Shown: positions 54,790 to 64,000 of the stretch, one piece after another
Numbering within the stretch: position 1 is the first letter of the stretch
How the letters are laid out: every line of letters starts with the position of its first letter
DNA from: Octopus vulgaris
Taxonomy: Eukaryota
Assembly: GCA_951406725.2 (NCBI GenBank)
Contig: OX597823.1
Coordinates: 35,030,001 to 35,094,000 of the forward strand
Length of the DNA: 64,000 bases
Direction of reading: 5' to 3'
Program-made: the position numbers and the translations under genes
The notes under the pieces: model-generated
What the model saw: only the letters and a program-made list of their open reading frames with translations
Databases searched by the model: none
What the model was told of the DNA's origin: nothing

Positions 54790-55167
54790 ATGCCACCAGC
54801 ACCAGCAACTGCTTCGAAAGGAGCCAAGAAGGCTTCCAAGGCTAAGGCCTCTCGCCCTACCGGCGACAAGAAGCGAAGGAAGAAGAGGAAGGAAAGTTAT
54901 TCCATCTACATCTACAAAGTAATGAAACAAGTCCACCCCGACACTGGCATCTCCAGCAAAGCTATGTCCATCATGAACAGTTTTGTCAACGATCTGTTCG
55001 AAAGAATAGCCTCTGAATCTAGCCGTTTGGCTCACTACAACAAACGTTCAACCATCAGTAGCCGTGAGGTTCAGACTGCTGTCCGTCTTCTCCTCCCTGG
55101 TGAGTTGGCCAAGCACGCAGTCTCTGAGGGTACCAAGGCTGTCACCAAGTACACTAGCAGCAAGTAA
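54790..55167 (+). CDS. H2B: Histone H2B (second copy)
   Basis: 125 aa with one K/R difference from the first copy (KKRRKKRKE); stem-loop at 55198-55213. Confidence 0.98.
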   Translation: MPPAPATASKGAKKASKAKASRPTGDKKRRKKRKESYSIYIYKVMKQVHPDTGISSKAMSIMNSFVNDLFERIASESSRLAHYNKRSTISSREVQTAVRLLLPGELAKHAVSEGTKAVTKYTSSK

Positions 55168-55986
55168 ATCTGCTTAGTCTTTTGCTCAGCGTATAACGGT
55201 CCTTTTCAGGACCACCCATATTCTCATGATTGTTACTTTCGACTTTCTATTGATTTGCGTTGTCTTTGTAAAATGTCTTAACGATACCTAAAACTGTATT
55301 TGTAGCAGAATTCTCCCTGACGTCCTGTTGTATTTCATGCAAAACTGGTTCTTTTTAAGGATACTTGGTTTGGCTATGTCTTTAATTTTATTGAACTTTT
55401 ATCGGCAAGAATGTTAGGCGCGTACTTACTTTATCTCTGCACTACTAGCGAACAGTGGTCCCGGTGCGCGCATCCGCGCTAGCTAGTCGTAAGTAGTCGG
55501 TCCTACAGCGACTTGCGCGTATACATGTTTGTATTTCAACACTGAATACATATCAAAGAAAATTGGTTTTTTATATTTTTCGAACAAAGTAAATAATTTT
55601 TTAAAAAGTTTTTTAACTCTAAACCTAACCTTAGTTTGTTTATAAAAAATAATTTATTTACTTAGTTTATATTTTTCGAACAAAGTAGATAAAACGGAAA
55701 GAGAAAACATTTTCAAAATTTCAACCCCACCCACCACTTCATTTTTCACTTTATTCGGATTTTTTTTTTTTTTGCGAAATACGATTATTTTGAAAAATAA
55801 AAATATTTGCAATATTTCAAGAAAAAAAGAGTATATGTACCCTCTGGCCTTCAAGCAGACTGTTCACTTGCTAGAAATAACAGCTAAATTTCACAAAACT
55901 GCGATAACAAATGAAATTTCGAAAATGCGATTGTTGAAAATTTCCTCCGTAACCAAAAACGTGGAATTCCGTAAAAAAAAAATCAA

Positions 55987-57318
55987 GGTACTTGTCTATT
56001 GTCGTGGTCCCGGTTTCGCACACGCGAATTCGCGCGCGCGCCAGACGTAGGTACTCGATACTCGAGATCCTACGAGGTGACTTGCGCATGCGCAGTGCAG
56101 AATTCGCGCATGCGCGTTACCCCCCCCCCCAAAAAAAAAGGTGTTGGATTTCACTAAAAATATATGTGTGTGTGTGTGTGTATATATAACATTTTCAATT
56201 TTACACAAAAAAATTACATAGTCGCTTTCCTCGCGGATTTACAGATAAATGAATTAATTACTATTTTACAGAATAAAATTAATGAATTAATTATATAAAT
56301 TAAATAATTCTTGAAAATTAATTAATATTAATAATATTTTTTGAACAAAGTAAATAATTTATAAAACTTGGTTAATAATTTTTTTTACACAAACGCGAAC
56401 GTATATAATTTGTGAAACTTTTTTTTTTTTACAGACGTATATAATTTGGTAAACTTAATGAATTAATTTCTTCTCATCATCATCATCGTTTAACGTCCGT
56501 TCTCCATGCCAGCATGGGTTGGACGGTTCGACCGGGGATCTGGGAAGCCAGAAGGCTGCACCAGACTCCAGTCTTATCTGGCAATGTTTCTACAGCTGGA
56601 TGCCCTTCCTAACGCCAACCACTCCGAGAGTGTAGTGGGTGCTTTTTACATGCCACCCGCACAGGTGCCAGGCGAGGCTGGCAACGGCCACGGTCGGATT
56701 GGTGCCAGTCGAGGCGGCTCTGGCATCGGCCACGATTCGGATAGTGCTTTTTACGTACCACCAGTCCAGGGGTCCTGGCATTTGCCGGGTGTCACACTTG
56801 CCCCAACATGTCTTCGCAAGCAAAGGGGGTTGGCATGGGTGCCTGTCGTTGGATGAGGTTCGATATCAACTTCGCTTGCCTCAACAGGTCTTTGTGTATA
56901 AATGTATAAATTTTTCGCACTAAATTCTTTCCGTAGAATTTATCAAAAAACGCGCAAAATTAATATATTTTTTGAAATTGCAAATTATTTAGAATATAAA
57001 ACAAATGAAGTTAAATTTTAAAAATAAATGTCATATACTTATACTCTGTAAGGTGCTGTGTTCACACTTCAATTTACTATTTTCTAGAAATGTTGCTTTT
57101 CTAATTGAAACAATTTTTCTCAATCTCCATTTAAAAGTCCATAATGCCTCTTGAGACATATCAAAATGAACAACTTTGAATTACGCGGCGGCGGTGGTGG
57201 TGTGAGGTTCTAATTTTTTTTTCTGATCTCTCTTTGCCCCCCCTAGATGGAGGTGTGGTGGGGAGACAGATGAAAGATGTTTCATTCTCTACTATATATG
57301 TATATATATATATATATA

Positions 57319-57364
<46 letters not shown>

Positions 57365-58798
57365 TACACGATATAGTCTATAAATTTGGGATGTTTTTGA
57401 AAGATAATATATTTTGTCATCAGAATATATATACTTTCTCACACTACAATTAAGATATATTTATTTTAAATCGTTCATCTTTTCCCGCGACAACAAAAAT
57501 TGGGCGCGAAAATTTTTCTAAATATTAGCGGAATGAACAACTGAGATAAAGAGGGGGCAAAGAGAGATCAGAAAAAAAAATTAGAACCTCACACCACCAC
57601 CGCCGCCGCGTAATTCAAAGTTGTTCATTTTGATATGTCTCAAGAGGCATTATGGACTTTTAAATGGAGATTGAGAAAATTGTTTCAATTAGAAAAGCAA
57701 CATTTCTAGAAAATAGTAAATTGAAGTGTGAACACAGCACCTTACAGAGTATAAGTATATGACATTTATTTTTAAAATTTAACTTCATTTGTTTTATATT
57801 CTAAATAATTTGCAATTTCAAAAAATATATTAATTTTGCGCGTTTTTTGATAAATTCTACGGAAAGAATTTAGTGCGAAAAATTTATACATTTATACACA
57901 AAGACCTGTTGAGGCAAGCGAAGTTGATATCGAACCTCATCCAACGACAGGCACCCATGCCAACCCCCTTTGCTTGCGAAGACATGTTGGGGCAAGTGTG
58001 ACACCCGGCAAATGCCAGGACCCCTGGACTGGTGGTACGTAAAAAGCACTATCCGAATCGTGGCCGATGCCAGAGCCGCCTCGACTGGCACCAATCCGAC
58101 CGTGGCCGTTGCCAGCCTCGCCTGGCACCTGTGCGGGTGGCATGTAAAAAGCACCCACTACACTCTCGGAGTGGTTGGTGTTAGGAAGGGCATCCAGCTG
58201 TAGAAACATTGCCAGATAAGACTGGAGTCTGGTGCAGCCTTCTGGCTTCCCAGATCCCCGGTCGAACCGTCCAACCCATGCTGGCATGGAGAACGGACGT
58301 TAAACGATGATGATGATGAGAAGAAATTAATTCATTAAGTTTACCAAATTATATACGTCTGTAAAAAAAAAAAGTTTCACAAATTATATACGTTCGCGTT
58401 TGTGTAAAAAAAATTATTAACCAAGTTTTATAAATTATTTACTTTGTTCAAAAAATATTATTAATATTAATTAATTTTCAAGAATTATTTAATTTATATA
58501 ATTAATTCATTAATTTTATTCTGTAAAATAGTAATTAATTCATTTATCTGTAAATCCGCGAGGAAAGCGACTATGTAATTTTTTTGTGTAAAATTGAAAA
58601 TGTTATATATACACACACACACACACATATATTTTTAGTGAAATCCAACACCTTTTTTGGGGGGGGGGGCAACGCGCATGCGCGAATTCTGCACTGCGCA
58701 TGCGCAAGTCACCTCGTAGGATCTCGAGTATCGAGTACCTACGTCTGGCGCGCGAATTCGCGTGTGCGAAACCGGGACCACGACAATAGACAAGTACC
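55987..58798. mobile_element. 2.8-kb foldback DNA transposon (Merlin-like, non-autonomous) with ~1.25-kb arms and 8-bp TSD
   Basis: Termini GGTACTTGTCTATTGTCGTGGTCCCGG...CCGGGACCACGACAATAGACAAGTACC; arms 55987-57241 and 57553-58798; AAAATCAA is duplicated at 55979-55986 and 58799-58806; the spacer contains (TA)n. Confidence 0.88.
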
Positions 58799-59666
58799 AA
58801 AATCAATATATATCCATTTTACCAGAAGTAATGACGGAAAAATCGCATCTTGTGAATTTTCCGAAAGTCCCCTTTCCCTACCCCCAGGGTCGTCAGCGCG
58901 TATTTTTGTTTTCATATTCGTTTTCCACACACTTGTTAACACCCCCCAGGCTGGTTTAATTTTTTTTTCCTGGGTGAGGATCTTTATATTAACCGATCTT
59001 TGAGGTTTGCAACAACCTCATCAATTTTACTGCAATCATATATTGCAGTATTCTCTTAAATAGAACTTCCTGATAACACCATTACGGCTCATATACAATA
59101 TATGCAAAATTTTGTTTTGTAACATAGTATAGAGACAGACAAAATCACACGTTAGCACACAAGGCGAAATGATTAGCAACATTTTATCCATCTTAACGTT
59201 TTGAACTCAACCGAGGTCGATGTGATCGACGAGCCCCCTTCCTACAAAATTTCAGGCCTTGTGAAGAAAAAAAAATATTTCTAACAAGCTATTAATTTTT
59301 GGATATAGGATCCACAGTAGCCGACTGGTAGGCTAAGTCGATTTAAAACGATGTAACTAATGGCTGCATTTTAAGCTCTTGATAGTTTGGGTGTAAAATT
59401 TATGAGCAACTTGTACATTTTAAGATTTGAATTCCTTTCACTTGCTTTTGTTTACCATTTCCGGGGCTACAAGTTCATGCTACAGATGACGATTATTTTA
59501 ATCTGGCGCCTTGTGATTTCATTGGTTAAAATTTAAAAGTCAAGTGACATGGATGCCTAATTAGCAACTACTGCGTCATGGACCCGACTAAAGCTTATTT
59601 AAAGGTAAAGTAAATATAACCAGTTTAATTTGCTGTTCGCTGCATAATCTACAACCAATTTGAATA

Positions 59667-60044
59667 ATGTCTGGCCGTGGTAAAGGAGGTAAAGTAAAGG
59701 GAAAGAGCAAGACCCGCTCATCCCGTGCCGGTCTTCAGTTCCCCGTCGGCCGTATCCACCGTCTTCTCCGTAAGGGAAACTATGGTGAACGTATTGGTGC
59801 CGGGGCCCCAGTCTACCTTGCTGCTGTAATGGAATATTTGGCTGCTGAGGTGTTGGAATTGGCAGGAAATGCTGCCAGAGACAACAAGAAATCAAGAATT
59901 ATTCCCCGTCACTTGCAGTTGGCCATCCGTAACGACGAAGAATTGAACAAACTTTTGTCTGGAGTGACCATCGCCCAGGGTGGTGTCCTTCCCAACATCC
60001 AAGCTGTCCTTCTCCCCAAGAAGGCCAACAAGCCAGCTAAGTAA
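59667..60044 (+). CDS. H2A: Histone H2A, solo isoform
   Basis: 125 aa; [11 protein letters not shown] and C-terminal KKANKPAK differ from the paired H2A; stem-loop GGCCCTTTTTAGGGCC at 60069-60084. Confidence 0.97.
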   Translation: MSGRGKGGKVKGKSKTRSSRAGLQFPVGRIHRLLRKGNYGERIGAGAPVYLAAVMEYLAAEVLELAGNAARDNKKSRIIPRHLQLAIRNDEELNKLLSGVTIAQGGVLPNIQAVLLPKKANKPAK

Positions 60045-62586
60045 ATGAACTGATTTTCAACAAGAAACGGCCCTTTTTAGGGCCACTATATCTTATGTAA
60101 AGTTATCTCTTGACTTAAATTTCATGCGATAAGTGGTTTAATTTCCATTAATTTGTTTAGATTTAGCTTTCACGTTTAGGTAAATGGAGTAGATAGATTG
60201 ACGTTAAAATAGGATGCACCAGTGACCAAAATGCGCGGAAAAGTTGAATAGATGTCTTCTATAAATTGAATTTGCGGAAACGGTCGTATTTAAAAACTGT
60301 GTTAATTAAGTTGAAAGTGAACTTAGATATCTAAATGTTTATATTCTAGTTTCGTTAGTAGCCAAGGATTTTCTCTTTCGGGGCGGGATATGATTTGCTT
60401 TGCAGAATCTGTTGTTACAGGGAATGTTGTTTTTTCTTGATATGCATGTAATAAGTGAAAACCCGATCCAGTGGACTTGATTTGGAAGCAATTCAAATTT
60501 TGAATAGGTGTTCAAAAATAATACATTACATACTATCAGCTTCTTTTGTCAGTTTGAATATTATTTGCGTATAAAATGGGACCGTTATTTGAAAATTTAA
60601 TTTTGATCGTCAACGCAAACATTGTACACGTAGTTTTCATTATAATTAAGTCTACTGTCCACTGAACCTGCTAGAAATAGCAGTCAAAATCAACTCATCT
60701 AAAGAAAAAATTCCTCTGACAACTGATTCGTCAAAGCAAATCATATCTCGCTCCGAAAGAGAAAATCTTAGGCTACTAACGAAACGTTTTAGAAATTAAC
60801 ATTTATTTAAATATCCAAGTTTACTTTAACCTCAACATTACTTTAAAATTTAAATAGGAGCAGGCATGGCTGTGAGGTAAAAAGCTTGCTTTTCAACCAC
60901 ATGATTCTGGCACCTTGGGCAAGTGTCATCTATATCCCTTGAGTGGATTTGGTAGATAGAAACTGATAGAAACCCGTCGTATATGTGTGTCTGTTCCCCG
61001 CCACCATCGCTTGGCAACCGATATTGGTGTTTACGTCTCCGTTCGGCAAAAGTTGACGATAGAATAAGTACCAGGCTTACATTGAAAGTCCTGGGGTCGA
61101 CTTCCTTGAGGTAGTGCTCTGGCATGGCCGCAGTCAAATAAGTAAAGGAATAAATATAAGAAACGGTTTTAAAGTTTTAAGAGGTTTCTCTGTGTTTCTA
61201 AAATGGAAACGTTTCATTAATAGCCAAAGATGTTCTCTTTCGGGGTGGGACACTATTTGCTCTGAAGAATCGCCTATTAGAAGTGAATATTTTCTTTTTC
61301 TTTAGATAGGTGATATTGACAGCGATTTTTATCATATTCAGGACTGCAGATTTGATTAATTGAAATGAAAATTTAAGTACATGTACCGTATTTCTATATG
61401 GTAATATTGCGTTGATGGTCAGAAAAATTTTCAAATAACGGTCCCCTTTTATACACGAGCAATTCATTTTCAAATTTTATCAGACCAACTGTTTTCAAAC
61501 TGACAAAAAAATAAAAAAACGTACGTAACGGGAAAATGACAGGAACAGAACGATGTACGGTTATAATTTTATTAAACTGAGTTTTGACAACCACTACGCA
61601 AACAATGCTCAATTCAAAGAGTACTACACGGTGACTGAGTACTTACTACAATACAGTATGTATATTAGGGAGTAATATTTATGTAACCTCTTCAGTGGAC
61701 AGTAGGCTCAAGAGAAAAAAAAAAACTTAGATTGTAATGGGAAAATGGAAACGGGTTGTTTAATAGAACTTTTACAAAATGTTTACCCGAGTCTTTTCCA
61801 TCCCCAATAAGGTCGGTTACGCACGGCATTTATAAACCTCTTTTTGAGAGGATTCAAGATTGAAAAAAAATAAACTTAAAATCAATTTACGAAGTCTGGA
61901 TTAGGGGCATTTTAAAAGTCCGAATTGTTTGCTTAAATCCCAGCAATGTGTTGAAAGATTGAAACAAATAAGAATATGAGACATGCTAAAAATAACAGCT
62001 AAAAACCCTTAAATAGTGCAAATTTTATTTTGGTCCTTGCATCGTATGAATTCCTGCGTCGAATACACATTCGCAAAACTTTTTGAAAATTCCAAATTGA
62101 GGGGTTATATGCAGTGCATAAAGCAAGATTCAGTCCGAATTTCTAATTCAGTTAAGATACACAATATATTTCAAATACAGAGTAAACTTCTTAAAACCTT
62201 TTTCTTTATACATAGACGTAACGAAAGAAACTGAGAAATATCGAAATTTGCCCATTAAAATCTAAACGTACGACTTCGTGATAACATCAAAATATCGCGC
62301 TCCAGTGTAAGATAAGAACTAAGGAACTTCTCTAATACACATAAAAAGCAGTTACACTCACAAAATGAATGTTAATCAAAACGACCTTAAGACGACTACA
62401 TACGTGTACCTGAGAGGATTGACCATCACCGTTCGGGTTCCATTCGTTTATGCAAGGTAATACATTAAGTATAAAGACAGCAGAAACCTGAAAAAATGTA
62501 ACTAAGCGAAAAGCATATCAACCGAGGGGACTTTCGATATAATATAGGGGCCCTAAAAAGGGCCATTCTACAATGCTAAAAGCAAC

Positions 62587-62998
<412 letters not shown>

Positions 62999-63025
62999 CA
63001 CGATATGTCAGCGAACGGAGAATGA

Positions 63026-64000
63026 ATAAATTTCTTTATTACCCATAAGGGGTTTCACAGATGGGGACAATACAATGATTTGGGGTCATGTGGATGAAAT
63101 GGAATTATTTACAGTGAAATCGAATGAATTATTTACAATGAAATCGAATGAGTTACAAGAACAAACGAACAAAAATGGACATATGAAGTCAAAAGAACAG
63201 GATAGCTGACCCCACAAGCCCTGTTATTTTAACTGAAACCTTTGGTAAGTTCATGGCGTGTTCATGCAAGGCCTTTCACACCTAGCATCCGTGCAACACG
63301 CATCCATCTTTTTTTGAATACGCGCTCTGACAGACACATTTTCTCCAGCCCCACCTTTCTTTTCAGATAGAACTCGAAAAAGTTCGTTAGGGCGGTGCCA
63401 GAGATCATGGTGTCTGTCATTATACCTTTCACTCTAGTCTTCCATATAACCCCTTTCGCAACTGCTACTATCACGAGAAAGCAATGCTTACCTTCGTTCG
63501 TCATGAAACCAGGCGGGTCGATTTTTAAGATTGACTCAGACGACCGCTGTACTCTTCTTCCGTCCGACAATAGGTGTTCGGCATAAGCCCACACGTCTGA
63601 AATATCCGGACACTGACCAATAGCGTGCAGGATTGTTTCCACATCTCGCCCGCATTTTGGACAGACCGATGGTCTTCTGTGACCATGTCTTGTGAGTTTA
63701 TCTCGAACGGGTAAGGCTCTTCAGTAACATTGCCAGGCCAAGGACTTCTGAAGATTATCCAGTGTCCCTTGTCCGAATGTCCTTTGGAACAGGCTGTCTA
63801 ACTGATTACCATCGAGACCCAGGGTCCTTCCCAGGGTCTCATCATTTCCGCCCTCTACCAACCTGCTATAGAACGCTGCGGTGGTACCAAAGCCGCCGGC
63901 ATTGCCCGAGCTGCGGAAGCGTAAGAGAGCTCTACGGCACTCCGAATACCACATACTTAATCTTAGTCTGCGACGGAACCAGGTTTCTCTACCACCAAAA
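63026..64000 (-). mobile_element. Tx1/L1-clade retrotransposon 3' end (second copy, runs off the window)
   Basis: CCHC motif CPKCGRDVETILHAIGQC; the ORF ends at 63262; AATAAA at 63035-63040; collinear with 46515-47455. Confidence 0.9.

Noticed and set aside
63000-63045. Counting the second Tx1-H3 junction as an independent insertion
   Set aside because: It lies within the same segmental duplication with collinear flanks, so it is most simply one event copied.

Overview
AT-rich, SINE- and microsatellite-dense animal genomic DNA. The repeat families suggest an octopus or other cephalopod, which is an inference. The left half (1.9-29.2 kb) holds 15 in-frame coding exons of IWS1 on the + strand, with the ATG exon upstream of the window. 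Its introns contain RTE-like, Penelope-like, SINE and foldback repeats. The right half (37.4-64 kb) is a rearranged replication-dependent histone cluster. It has H4, two divergent H2A/H2B pairs, a distinct solo H2A plus a deleted copy, and three H3 copies that all carry a frameshift as assembled; no H1 was seen. The cluster is built from a ~13-16 kb direct duplication and a ~2 kb inverted duplication. A Tx1/L1-like retrotransposon ends ~30 nt upstream of the H3 ATG in two H3 copies. There is also a Merlin/IS1595-like transposase pseudogene and a 2.8-kb palindromic element with GG..CC ends and an 8-bp target duplication. The most unusual signals are (i) a position-conserved pyrimidine-rich motif where the purine-rich U7-binding HDE is expected in all five histone gene types, (ii) the Tx1 insertion at the inferred H3 start site, and (iii) the giant foldback with a mirrored SINE.
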